From contig CAVPOM010000007.1 of the NCBI GenBank assembly GCA_963707025.1, forward strand, positions 64,001 through 128,000: a DNA stretch of 64,000 nt, in the 5' to 3' direction. Made by a program: the position numbers and the translations under genes. The DNA comes from an uncultured Verrucomicrobiae bacterium. Its GTDB lineage: Bacteria > Verrucomicrobiota > Verrucomicrobiia > Limisphaerales > Palsa-1400. Positions 30,277 to 39,731 of this stretch are shown here, one piece after another; positions within the stretch are counted from its first letter, which is position 1, and the number at the start of each line of letters is the position of its first letter. The notes beneath the pieces were generated by a model. That model saw nothing but the letters and a program-made list of their open reading frames with translations. It had not been told where the DNA came from and made no database searches.

Positions 30277-31284
30277 TCAAGCGCCGGCGGAAGGCTTGGG
30301 AGATTGCACCGAACAATACGCCGGGCCGGTTCGCGCCGGCTCAGGAGCCTTCGGGGCAAGACATGCTGACGGCGTTACCCGCCGCCGATTGCCAAACATC
30401 TCGTTCTGGCTGGAGAGCAGCCGGTTCGCCTGATCCATCACTCCTGCCGGTTCCTTGCGGATGCGGGCCAGGGTCGCGGCCTCCAACTCAGCGGCCCCTG
30501 CCCCAGGCCCGCCTCGTCCGGAAAACTCGCCCCGGCTGGCTCTCGCGCGCTCCGCTTCCATGCGCAAATTGTCGAACTTCATGTGCGAGACCGCCCGCTG
30601 CACCATGGCCTCCTGGTAATCCACTCCCAGCCAGTCCAGTATGCCGCTCAAGACCGGACCGGTGTGGTCGAGCAGGCCTTCATAAGACACAAAAAACACT
30701 TCCGCCCCGTGCTGCGCCGCGCGCGCATAGCTCGCCGCGTTGGCCATCCAATCGCGAACATGGGTGCGGCAGAAATAATCCTTTCCGCGCCGAACTTTGT
30801 CTTTGAGGTTTTCTTCACGCACATGGTAGCGATAAAAAGAAACCAGGGCGTCTTCCGGAGACCGGAAAATGTAAACATGTTTGCATTGCCGCAAGGCCGG
30901 GGCGGGAATGTGCTTTTTCAGCCGGTCAAAACTTTCATGCGTTTTGACAAAAAGTCCGGGGGCGATCTCCCGTTCCCGCGCCGCAACCAAATTGATGTAA
31001 ATGTCGGGAATGACCTTGTCCGGATGGACGGGCAGAACCGTGTTGGTCGCAATCCCGGCCCGCTGCAGGAAAATGTCGGAAAGCAAAAAGCGCAGCCAGG
31101 TGTTGCCGGATCGTGGAAACGAACTGATAAAACAGACTTTGCCACCCCCGGCCAACGATTGGATAATGTCCTGGTAATTCCGGTCCTCTTTGGCCTCCGT
31201 GCCACGCCCATTGCGGCGCGGGAAACACCGGCGCACCACATCCCCCAGACGAGCCAGCGTGTTGGCGGCGGCGTTCTCTGTCAT
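30277..31284 (-). CDS. PAPS-dependent sulfotransferase
   Basis: SFPRSGNTWLR, KTH, RSPEDALVS, SYEGL. Confidence 0.88.
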   Translation of the reverse strand: MTENAAANTLARLGDVVRRCFPRRNGRGTEAKEDRNYQDIIQSLAGGGKVCFISSFPRSGNTWLRFLLSDIFLQRAGIATNTVLPVHPDKVIPDIYINLVAAREREIAPGLFVKTHESFDRLKKHIPAPALRQCKHVYIFRSPEDALVSFYRYHVREENLKDKVRRGKDYFCRTHVRDWMANAASYARAAQHGAEVFFVSYEGLLDHTGPVLSGILDWLGVDYQEAMVQRAVSHMKFDNLRMEAERARASRGEFSGRGGPGAGAAELEAATLARIRKEPAGVMDQANRLLSSQNEMFGNRRRVTPSACLAPKAPEPARTGPAYCSVQSPKPSAGA

Positions 31285-31534
31285 AATGTCTATTCTCAGT
31301 CGTCTGCGTGACCCGTGACTGCACCGTTCAACTCATGCGACGGTTCCTGCTTAACCTGTTTCATCAGCCCCAGCGCCATGTAAGACTTTAACCTACGCGC
31401 AAGCAGGTGTTTCCCTTACCTCAAGCAACAGCACCATGCCATCGGCGGCGTGGGTTGTCAAGGGGCGGAGCGCATTATCTTCGCCTGGCTCGATTGGGCT
31501 TGGTTTCCCCGGCGCCGGGTGGTATCCATCCTCC

Positions 31535-32297
31535 ATGCGCCGTGCCGCCCCCGGTCATTTTCACACGCTGGAACCGTTTCTGGATTTATTCAAAACGGGC
31601 GTGCCGATTTTGATGTACCACAAAATCGGCGCGCGCCCGCCCCATGTGCGGCTGCGGGGGCTTTATGTCCGGGAGGATCTCTTCGTCCAGCAACTGGAGG
31701 AATTGCAACAGGCCGGCTTCACCACTTGCCCGCCGGCCGAGGCCAATCTCAAGGCCCGCTCCCATGGCCTCCCGGCCCGGCGCGTCGTCCTGACCTTCGA
31801 TGACGGCTTCCGCAACGCCTTCCAAAATGCCCTGGCGCCGCTGGCCCAAAAACAATTCCGCGCCATTCAATTCCTCGTGGTCAATTGCATCGGCAAATTC
31901 AACCAGTGGGACCTGCGGGACGGCGAAGCCCAGGAGCCGCTCATGGACACCGCCCAGGTGGGCGAGTGGCTGCGGGCCGGAACATCGCATCGGCTCGCAT
32001 TCCCTGAGCCACCCGCGGCTGACCCACCTGAGCCTGCGGGACGCGCAGGAGGAGATTTCGGCGAGCAAGAAAAAACTGGAGGACACTTTTGGCGTGGCGG
32101 TGGAGGATTTTTGTTATCCCTTTGGGGATTGGAACGAAGCCGTGCGGGACCTGGTGATGGAGGCCGGTTATCGCACCGCCTGCACCACGGACTACGGCGT
32201 CAATTCTGCGACGACATCCCCGCTGGAGCTGCGCCGCATCACCGTGCGTCATCCCACCCGCAGCCTCAAGGCCCTCAAAGCGCGCTTCATGGGATAA
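31535..32297 (+). CDS. Polysaccharide deacetylase CE4 (apparent frameshift near 31981)
   Basis: ILMYHKI, LTFDDG, then IGSHSLSH, FCYPFG in the shifted frame. Confidence 0.85.
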
Positions 32298-32496
32298 CCC
32301 GCCGGACAGGATGCCCCCCGCAACGGGCGTGTTCCCTGCCTTAATCTCAATCCTAATCTTAATCTCCTGCGCGCCTTCGGTCAGCAGCATGGCAAAAGGC
32401 CTGCAAAATCCATTTGACGAAATGGCCGGGAGGCGGTTAATTTATAGGTGCAGTTTGTATAAACCCAGTCCGTTGCCCTGAAACAATTATTGAATC

Positions 32497-33030
32497 ATGA
32501 AATCTGCTGTTGCTTGTCTTGTTGCCGTGGGTGCCCTGCTCGTTTCGGCCCGCGCGGCCAACGTCACCACCAAAATCACCGACGTTCATCTTTGCTGCAA
32601 GGGTTGCGTCAATCTGGCTCAGAAAACCGTCGCCGATAAAGTGCCGGGCGCAAAGGCGGCGGCTGACCAGGAAGAGGACACCATCACTCTGACCGGGCCC
32701 GACGCCGCCACCGTGCAGAAAGCGGCCGACGCGCTGGTCAAAGCCGGCTTTTTCGGCAAGAGCAGCAACCCGGCCATCAAGATCAACAGCGACACCGGCG
32801 CCAAAGGCCAGATGGTGCAAATGCTGGATGTCAGTAATGTGCATATCTGCTGCACCAGTTGCGTCAAGGCCGTCAATAATGCTCTCAAGGACGTGCCCGG
32901 GGTCAAGGCCACGACCGGCGTGGAGAAAAATGCCAAAACCTTTCATGTCACAGGCGATTTTAAAGACTCGGATGTCTTCGCCGCCTTGCAGAAGGTGGGC
33001 CTGACCGGCAAAGCCGGCGCGGACAAATAA
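32497..33030 (+). CDS. Secreted protein with two heavy-metal-associated domains
   Basis: Signal peptide; VHLCCKGC and VHICCTSC motifs. Confidence 0.8.
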   Translation: MKSAVACLVAVGALLVSARAANVTTKITDVHLCCKGCVNLAQKTVADKVPGAKAAADQEEDTITLTGPDAATVQKAADALVKAGFFGKSSNPAIKINSDTGAKGQMVQMLDVSNVHICCTSCVKAVNNALKDVPGVKATTGVEKNAKTFHVTGDFKDSDVFAALQKVGLTGKAGADK

Positions 33031-33282
33031 TCTTGCCGCCTCTTCCAAACTGACACGCCCAACAGGCCCGGGACGCTAATTCGTTCCGGGCCTTGTTCTT
33101 TCCCACGGGCCGCTTGCAAAGCCCCGGTCTTGGGCGGCAGGGCGCTCACTCCGTGCGCGCCGCGGCGTGTCCCGATAATTCGGGACTGGGACCCTGCCTT
33201 TCCCGGCCCCGCTAAAACTGAAGGGTGGCGGGCGCGGCGTGTCCGCGCTGGACATAGCCGTGGGGAGAATCAAACATCAGGC

Positions 33283-34428
33283 ATGGGCCGACTCGTGCTT
33301 GAGAATGTGACGAAGATCTTTTCCGGCCCGCGCCGGCAAAAGATCGGCGCGGTGCGGGAACTGAACCTGACGGCGCAGGACGGGGAGTTGCTGGTCATCG
33401 TCGGGCCTTCGGGCTGCGGAAAAACGACGGCCTTGCGCCTGATCGCCGGGCTGGAGACGCCCGACGGCGGGAGCATTTGGCTGGACGGCAAGCCGCTGGC
33501 CGGGGTGGCGCCCAAGGACCGCGATGTCGCCATGGTTTTCCAGGATCACGCGCTTTTTCCCCACCTGACCCTTTTTGAAAATGTGGCGCTGGGGTTGAGG
33601 CTGCGAAAATTTCCCCGCGCCGAAATCGCCACCCGCGTGAGGGCGGCGGCGGAAATGCTGGGGTTGACGGCCTTGCTGGAGCGGCGGCCCGCCGAGGTGT
33701 CCGGCGGCGAATGCCAGCGGGCCGCCCTGGGCCGCGCCCTGGTGCGCCATCCCCGGGTTTTTTTGCTGGACGAACCGCTCTCCAACCTGGACGCGCCCCT
33801 GCGCCTGCAATTGCGCGGCGAAATCGCCCGCCTGCGCCGACGGCTGGGCGCCACCATGATTTTCGTGACGCACGACCAGGCCGAAGCGCTGGCTCTGGCC
33901 GACGCGGTGGCGGTGATGCAGGACGGCGCGGTTCGGCAGTTGGCGCGGCCGCAGGAAATTTACCGCCGTCCCGCCAGCCGGTTTGTCGCCGGGTTCATCG
34001 GCTCGCCCCCCATGAATTTTTTTGAGGGCGCGCTGGCGGAAAAGGACGGGGTTCTGCTCTTTCAGGAACGCGCCGGGCCGGGGCCGGGCTTTTCCATGCC
34101 ATTGGATGAAAGAACCAGCCGCGGATTGCGGCCACACGCCGGACGAACTGTCACCCTCGGTTTGCGCCCGGAGCACATCCTGCCGGCGCCGCCGGGCCAG
34201 GGGAGCGGCGCGGCGCAGGCGGTCTTGGAACGCATCGAGCCGGCGGGCGCGGAGAGCCTGTTCTATTTTTCCAATGGCAACCATGCTTTCATCGTGCGCG
34301 GCCCGGACGCCGGCTTCCCGCAAACGACGGACGCTCTTCGCCTCCATTTCGACATGGCGCACGCTCGCTTCTTCGACGCCGCGACCGGCGCGGCTTTGGC
34401 CGGCCAAGAGTTGGGCATCAGCTCCTGA
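33283..34428 (+). CDS. MalK/UgpC-type sugar ABC ATPase
   Basis: GPSGCGKT, RDVAMVFQ, LDEPLSNLD, FVAGFIGSPPMN. Confidence 0.93.
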   Translation: MGRLVLENVTKIFSGPRRQKIGAVRELNLTAQDGELLVIVGPSGCGKTTALRLIAGLETPDGGSIWLDGKPLAGVAPKDRDVAMVFQDHALFPHLTLFENVALGLRLRKFPRAEIATRVRAAAEMLGLTALLERRPAEVSGGECQRAALGRALVRHPRVFLLDEPLSNLDAPLRLQLRGEIARLRRRLGATMIFVTHDQAEALALADAVAVMQDGAVRQLARPQEIYRRPASRFVAGFIGSPPMNFFEGALAEKDGVLLFQERAGPGPGFSMPLDERTSRGLRPHAGRTVTLGLRPEHILPAPPGQGSGAAQAVLERIEPAGAESLFYFSNGNHAFIVRGPDAGFPQTTDALRLHFDMAHARFFDAATGAALAGQELGISS

Positions 34429-34587
34429 TCATAATCTTAATCCTAATCCTAATCTTAATCTCCTTCGTGCAGTCCCATTCGTTGTGTTCATGCCTGCCGG
34501 GCGAGCTTCCACACGCCTTCGTGAATTGGCCGTTTCATAAGAAAGAAAGCCATTGGTGAATTTCAGCCGGGGGACTAATATCTTGTC

Positions 34588-34773
34588 ATGGAAAAGTCCT
34601 TGCGACTGCGCAGAAAGAAGGCCCTGGCCAGAGCGCGCCTTCGGCGGCGCTTTGCTGCGGGCAAGGTGCGCCTGGATCAGGTTTCGCTTGCCGCCGCGGC
34701 TCATGCCGATTCTTTCAAATCCCCTTTAGTAACCAGACGCGCCCGGGATGATTATGAAGATTTTGAATTCTAA
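34588..34773 (+). CDS. Small basic hypothetical protein (putative antitoxin)
   Basis: 61 aa overlapping the next gene. Confidence 0.5.
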   Translation: MEKSLRLRRKKALARARLRRRFAAGKVRLDQVSLAAAAHADSFKSPLVTRRARDDYEDFEF

Positions 34774-35557
34774 AACCGGCCCCGGCCCGGCGAAATCATC
34801 CAAGTTTTCGCCTTCTGATTTTGCCGGCGTCATCGCCCACCTGCCGGGAGGTTGTCCATTGGTGGGAGGGCAGGCGGTGGGCTGGTGGGCCAGGAAGTAC
34901 GGAATAACATCAAAAGGCGGTGAGCCGATCACCAGCAGCGACATTGACTTTTGGGGGGGACGCGAGGATCTCATCCAAATGGCGCGGGCAATGCGGCGCA
35001 AGCCAATCTTCCCCAATGAATATGAAATGACGGTCTGGGCCGGAGCCATTCAGATCGAGATCAACGGGGAACAAACACTGGCGGAGTTTTTACATTCCAT
35101 TCCCGGGCTGGATACTCCCTATCCGGAAAAGGCCTCGGTGGAGCAGACTTATCGCGAGCATTCCACTAAGAAGGTCATCCAGGTGCTCACCCCGGTTTCT
35201 CTCGTATTGACCAAACTGCATGCTTTGCGGCGTTTTGATCAGAAGGATCGAAATGACCTGTTGCACCTGCAGGTTTGCTTGCAGACTTCCCGGAAGTTCA
35301 TCGTGGAATTATTGAGCGATCAACAGGTCCGGCAGGCGCTGCGCGAATGCGAACGGCTCATTGCCGCTCATCAATCCAAGCCCTACCGCAAATTGGAAAA
35401 ACAAGGCCAATTCAACCTGCTCGACTCCATCCCCATCGCCGAGATCAGGCACGCGGCCGACAGCCCGGGCCACTCGCTGGACAACCGCAAACGGCTCCGC
35501 AATTTCATCAACTTGCGTTGGGAGCAGGTCCGGGGAAACAAGCCACCGCCGGATTAG
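34748..35557 (+). CDS. Nucleotidyltransferase-like hypothetical protein
   Basis: LVGGQAV..ITSSDIDF, KLHAL..R.D; lower GC than flanks. Confidence 0.65.
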   Translation: MIMKILNSKTGPGPAKSSKFSPSDFAGVIAHLPGGCPLVGGQAVGWWARKYGITSKGGEPITSSDIDFWGGREDLIQMARAMRRKPIFPNEYEMTVWAGAIQIEINGEQTLAEFLHSIPGLDTPYPEKASVEQTYREHSTKKVIQVLTPVSLVLTKLHALRRFDQKDRNDLLHLQVCLQTSRKFIVELLSDQQVRQALRECERLIAAHQSKPYRKLEKQGQFNLLDSIPIAEIRHAADSPGHSLDNRKRLRNFINLRWEQVRGNKPPPD

Positions 35558-35558
35558 C

Positions 35559-35730
35559 AGCGGTTTAAATAAAGTCGTGGCCACTGAAATTGACTTGGTA
35601 GGGATCCCGATTCGGAATCGGGAAGCCGTCCGTGGGGGGTCCTCACCGAAGTGGTCGCCTCGGCGAGGCGACCCTGCCTTGAGAGGGTCTTTGACAAATA
35701 ACGTGTGGCTACAGTTTTATTTAAACCGCT
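35559..35730. mobile_element. MITE-like element with 15-bp terminal inverted repeats enclosing a REP doublet
   Basis: AGCGGTTTAAATAAA (35559) / TTTATTTAAACCGCT (ends 35730); inner GGTAGGG...GGCGACCCTGCC. Confidence 0.75.
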
Positions 35731-35748
35731 CCAAATCAACTGCCCGCT

Positions 35749-37230
35749 TTAGGGTTGCTTGTTTTCCAACGGCGCCGCTGCCGCCACTTCTCCTTTGACT
35801 TGCAGGCAGAGGACCGAGGCAATCTTATCGGGCGCTTTCTCCGGCAGTTGCACGGTCACCGCCTGCGCGGTTTGTTGCAATTTGAGCATGTGAGGCTTGC
35901 CGCCCGTCGCCGCCTTTACCATGAGGTAACCGCCGTGGTCGCCCGGTTGGATTTGCGGCGGCTGGCTTGTTGCGCCGGCCAGCAGCCAGGCGGCGGTGAT
36001 TTGCCCCTTCACGCCGGGCAGTTCGATGTGTCCGGCCGGCCATTTGAAGATGTGGATGTAGATTTTGCCGGCATTGGTCGTGCAACGCCAGTCCCACGCC
36101 GGCGTGAAGACCGGCCGGCCCTGGCGGTTGGTCTGGGTGGCGCTGAAGGTCCCGGCCTCTGCGCCGAAAATAGTCGGGCCGGTGCCGTAAATCGCCTCGC
36201 CGTTGACCTTCATCCAGGCGCCGACTTCCTGGAGCCGGTCCACCTCCGGCTGGGGAATCAAACCCTCGCTGGTCGGGCCGACGTTGAGCAAATAATTGCC
36301 GCCCTTGCTGGCGATGTCGCACAAATTGCGGATGAGCGTGGCGGTGGATTTGAAATTGGTGTCGTCCCGCTTGTAGCCCCAGGTGTTGTTCATCGTCATG
36401 CACGTTTCCCAATCGCGGCCGGGAAAGCCTTGCGCGGGGATGGTTTGCTCCGGCGTTTCCGTGTCGCCCTTGAAGCCGCCGCCCAGACGGTTGTTCAGGA
36501 TGATGTCCGGGCGCAGCTTTTGCACGGTGTCGTAAAGCTTCTGCGCGCGTTCCCGGTTCATGTTGTTGGGCGTGTCCCACCAGAGCACGGCGGGAAAGGG
36601 CTTGTATTGGGTGAGGATTTCCTCCACCTGCGGCACCGCCACTTTGTCAATGTAATCATCCATGTCGCGCTGCTGCGCCGGGTCCCACTTGCCGCCGCTG
36701 GCCGCGCCCCCGTTGTTCCAGTCCTGCGCCTGGGAATAATAAAAACCGAGCTTGATGCCCGCCTTTTGGCAGGCGGCCGCCAGCTCTTTCAGCGGATCGC
36801 GCCCGAAGGGCGTGGCCTTGAGGATGTTCCAGTCGCTCGCCTTGGAGTCAAACATGGCGAAGCCGTCGTGATGTTTGCTCGTGATCACGATGTATTTCTG
36901 CCCCGCGTTCTTGGCAATCTTCACCCACTGCTCCGCGTTGAATTTCACCGGGTTGAACTGGCGGGCGAAGGACTGGTATTCCGCCATGGGGATTTTCCCC
37001 CGGTTCATGATCCACTCCCCGATCCCGGCCACCGGCTTGTCGTGGTAGAAACCGGCCGGCACGGAATAAACGCCCCAGTGGATGAACATGCCGAACTTGG
37101 CCTCGCGCCACCAGGCCATGCGGGCGTCGCGCTCCGCCTTGCTTTCCACTTTGTCCGTCTGCGCGCCTGCCGGCAGCGCCGCCGCACATGTCAATACTAA
37201 TAATATATAGGCCAGTTTGTTTGCTTTCAA
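35749..37230 (-). CDS. Alpha-L-fucosidase (GH29)
   Basis: WWREAKFGMFIHWG, KHHDGF, LWWD, WETCMT..WGY, LLNVGP. Confidence 0.95.
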   Translation of the reverse strand: MKANKLAYILLVLTCAAALPAGAQTDKVESKAERDARMAWWREAKFGMFIHWGVYSVPAGFYHDKPVAGIGEWIMNRGKIPMAEYQSFARQFNPVKFNAEQWVKIAKNAGQKYIVITSKHHDGFAMFDSKASDWNILKATPFGRDPLKELAAACQKAGIKLGFYYSQAQDWNNGGAASGGKWDPAQQRDMDDYIDKVAVPQVEEILTQYKPFPAVLWWDTPNNMNRERAQKLYDTVQKLRPDIILNNRLGGGFKGDTETPEQTIPAQGFPGRDWETCMTMNNTWGYKRDDTNFKSTATLIRNLCDIASKGGNYLLNVGPTSEGLIPQPEVDRLQEVGAWMKVNGEAIYGTGPTIFGAEAGTFSATQTNRQGRPVFTPAWDWRCTTNAGKIYIHIFKWPAGHIELPGVKGQITAAWLLAGATSQPPQIQPGDHGGYLMVKAATGGKPHMLKLQQTAQAVTVQLPEKAPDKIASVLCLQVKGEVAAAAPLENKQP

Positions 37231-37330
37231 GCGGGTGTCCTTTGTTTCACGGCATTTCCACTCCCCTCATAATCTTAATCCTAATCTTAATCTTAATCTC
37301 CATCCTATTCTTTATCCGCCCGAGCCGCAA

Positions 37331-37369
37331 TCTCAAAACGCAAATAAACCGTCCCGTGATACGGCTCGG
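37331..37369. repeat. 39-bp direct repeat of the GH2 gene 3' end (other copy 40190-40228)
   Basis: 38/39 identical with one synonymous change; this copy continues in frame as ...LRFEIAARADKE*. Confidence 0.92.
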
Positions 37370-37405
37370 CCGGCAACGGCGGCTGGCTCCGGCGACTTGT
37401 TAGCC
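37370..37405 (-). other. Truncated attC (R'' half only)
   Basis: GGCTAACAAGTCGCCGGAGCCAGCCGCCGTTG matches the start of the intact attC sites. Confidence 0.8.
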
Positions 37406-37406
37406 G

Positions 37407-37883
37407 TCATATTCGTGTGAGCAGGAGAATGCCGATTGAAAAGGCGAACGGGCCAGCAAGGGCGAGCAGGTGGCAAGCGACGCGCATAGGCAAGGAAAGG
37501 GTGGCAAGGGTGAGGCGATAGCGTTCGGCGACCAGAATCATAACGGCAATCATGGCCAGAGTCAAAGTAAAGACGGGAAACGGAAACGGCAGGCGTGCGG
37601 TCCTGGCGACGCCCCAAGGCCACACATACACCAGATCATGAAGGAATCCGTTCAGTGCAAAGGTGACGATCAGGCACAGTGGTCGTGGCGCAAAACGTCG
37701 CAACGGGGCAAAACAGAAGTAGGCCAGAAAGTAGCCAACGAAGGGATTCCAGTACCGCCAGAAGCGAGTGAAATCTGAGGCTCCAAACGCCCGGGAGAAC
37801 ATGTGCCCAAGGCACTGTCCGCGTGATCCTGGCCCAAGCCGGGCATACAAATATTTGGCAAATGGAGGTCGCGAGGTGCGCAT
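37407..37883 (-). CDS. Integron cassette ORF: MBOAT-like membrane protein
   Basis: FTRFWRYWN..GFLHD; ATG directly after GTTAGCC. Confidence 0.7.
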   Translation of the reverse strand: MRTSRPPFAKYLYARLGPGSRGQCLGHMFSRAFGASDFTRFWRYWNPFVGYFLAYFCFAPLRRFAPRPLCLIVTFALNGFLHDLVYVWPWGVARTARLPFPFPVFTLTLAMIAVMILVAERYRLTLATLSLPMRVACHLLALAGPFAFSIGILLLTRI

Positions 37884-37886
37884 GAC

Positions 37887-38021
37887 GGCTAACGTAGAAA
37901 GCTGCGCCACCGCCGGCTCGCGACGTGAATCCCGGCTTGTCGGGAAACAAAAGCGCCATCCGACAACGCTCCGAAGCTACGGTCGGACGGGACGGCGGTT
38001 GGCTCCGGGGACTTGTCAGGC
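37887..38021 (-). other. attC site (135 bp, with a 33-bp hairpin insert)
   Basis: GCCTGAC...GTTAGCC with internal inverted arms; overlaps the cassette stop codon. Confidence 0.88.
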
Positions 38022-38420
38022 CAGTGGTCGTCTAGTCTGTATAAATAAGTCTGCAAGTGTAATGTCCTCTTGCCAAGAACCGGCAATATCAACCTGGTAA
38101 CGCTTCTGCAAATCTCTCACTAACGTCTCCAACTCCATGCCATCTGCCGCGTTGCGAACCGGATAGAGCGTGCGATAAACATCCATCACGCGATCTTCGG
38201 GCGTGAAACACAACCGCCAGCTCTGCTTGAAACCAAACGCGTCAATGACTATGTTGAGAAACTCGCGAATCTCTGACTTCGATGCGTCGGGAAAACGTCG
38301 CCGCCAACGAAAGCCAGCACAACCACGGTCAACAAAGCGCCGCATCATCCGGCGCGTCTTCATGTCTGCCAACGCGAATATCACCGCTGCAAAAAACACT
38401 ATGGCGATAATCTGTAACAT
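38016..38420 (-). CDS. Integron cassette ORF: hypothetical (N-terminal TM, ACP-like C-terminus)
   Basis: Fills the interval between two attC sites; DGMELETLV..ITLADL. Confidence 0.75.
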   Translation of the reverse strand: MLQIIAIVFFAAVIFALADMKTRRMMRRFVDRGCAGFRWRRRFPDASKSEIREFLNIVIDAFGFKQSWRLCFTPEDRVMDVYRTLYPVRNAADGMELETLVRDLQKRYQVDIAGSWQEDITLADLFIQTRRPLA

Positions 38421-38431
38421 AGAGCGAACTG

Positions 38432-38533
38432 GCCTAACGTCGAAATCTGAGCCACCGCCGACTCGCGACGTGAATCCCGGCTTGTCGGGAAACAAAAGCG
38501 CCAACCGGCGTTGGCTCCGGAGACTGGTTAGGC
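38432..38533 (-). other. attC site (102 bp)
   Basis: GCCTAAC...GTTAGGC; CCGGAGCCAACGCC / GGCGGTGGCTCAG arms. Confidence 0.93.
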
Positions 38534-38920
38534 AGCATCTTTTGAGGTGTCATTCCATCCTTCTCCACCGCACTTCTGGCATCGTGAGCCTTCGGAACCG
38601 CCCATGCCACGACACCAGAAACACTCTCGGTCAACCTGAACAATCTTCCACGTCTCACCATCTGCTTTCAAATGGTATCGCGTGCGAATATCAGCAGTCC
38701 TGAAAGGCTGGCGTGAAATAGCTGTCGCTGAGTCAGCGGACTGCTTCACATCCTCAATCTCTGGCTCCGGTTTGTGGCCTAGCATGAAGTCGCGAGTGCG
38801 CTGCGACAATGACTCGCCAAAGAATCTCGCGTAAACAGGTGCCAGATGCACATTGGCTGCGGCATAAACCGAAGCCTTCTCCTGATAGAAAGACTCTAGG
38901 AATTGTTTTGGCGTGATCAT
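38528..38920 (-). CDS. Integron cassette ORF: hypothetical with DnaJ-type CxxCxGxG repeats
   Basis: CFWCRGMG..CQKCGGEG; TAA lies within R''. Confidence 0.75.
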   Translation of the reverse strand: MITPKQFLESFYQEKASVYAAANVHLAPVYARFFGESLSQRTRDFMLGHKPEPEIEDVKQSADSATAISRQPFRTADIRTRYHLKADGETWKIVQVDRECFWCRGMGGSEGSRCQKCGGEGWNDTSKDAA

Positions 38921-39199
38921 GCTTCCTAACATTGTTATTGAGCCGCACCATGCGGCACGATTCTTTCCATAGGGTCAAGTGTATTTTAATCTCTCCTCTT
39001 TGTCCACAACCATTTGCCTCTGGCGCCATCAGAAACCCGGACTTTGGAAAAACCGCGCCCCGGGAACAATTGCCTTGTCAGCAGAATCTGTGGGCCGGCT
39101 GCCGTTCACAATCGTTACAAGCGCCTAATGCACAGTCGCTTGCGCCTTGAGCTTATTCTGGCCCGCAAATTCTGCCGCAGAGCCAAAAAATTCACACCC

Positions 39200-39356
39200 A
39201 GCTAACGATCCAAAGCTGAGCCACGCCGACGGGCGCGTGACTCCGCAAGCTCGATTATCTTCATGTTACCAACCTCATCCATAAACTCACTTCTCGCGCC
39301 GGAGCGCAGCGAAGGCGGAAGGCGCACTCGGGATTGGCTCCAGCGCCGCGTTACGC
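39200..39356 (-). other. attC site (157 bp, divergent central region)
   Basis: GCGTAAC..GCTGGAGCCAA...GGCGTGGCTCAGC..GTTAGCT. Confidence 0.85.
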
Positions 39357-39611
39357 ATCAGGTTTCTCCTTTGAATCTTCTTTGTCTGGTGGGTAAGCGA
39401 ATCGCATCAAATGTGGCGCACCACGAAGAAAATATAAGCCAACAGTGAGTAATACAATGGCCGCAATAAGATATTGGTAAGCAGGAGAACTACTAGGCGT
39501 CTGTGGAGCTAGCAGCGCGACAATGGTCGAATAGACATACTCCGCACAGCCAAGCAGCGCAAGCATTCCAATTGACCGAATCACAACTCCAAAACAATCT
39601 CGTGCTTTCAT
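39351..39611 (-). CDS. Integron cassette ORF: small two-TM protein
   Basis: 86 aa between attC sites; stop within R''. Confidence 0.75.
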   Translation of the reverse strand: MKARDCFGVVIRSIGMLALLGCAEYVYSTIVALLAPQTPSSSPAYQYLIAAIVLLTVGLYFLRGAPHLMRFAYPPDKEDSKEKPDA

Positions 39612-39628
39612 AAAAAGGCGTGCATGCT

Positions 39629-39730
39629 GCCTAACGTAGAAAGCTGAGCCACCGCCGACTCGTGACGTGAATCCCGACTTGTCGGGAAACAAAAGCGCCA
39701 ACGGCGGTTGGCTCCGGCGACTTGTTAGGC
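39629..39730 (-). other. attC site (102 bp)
   Basis: GCCTAAC...GTTAGGC, close match to 38432-38533. Confidence 0.93.
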
Positions 39731-39731
39731 A

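Noticed and set aside
37887..39730. Repeats with unique intervening DNA as a CRISPR array
   Set aside because: Repeats are over 100 bp, spacers are whole ORFs and no cas genes are present; the structure fits attC
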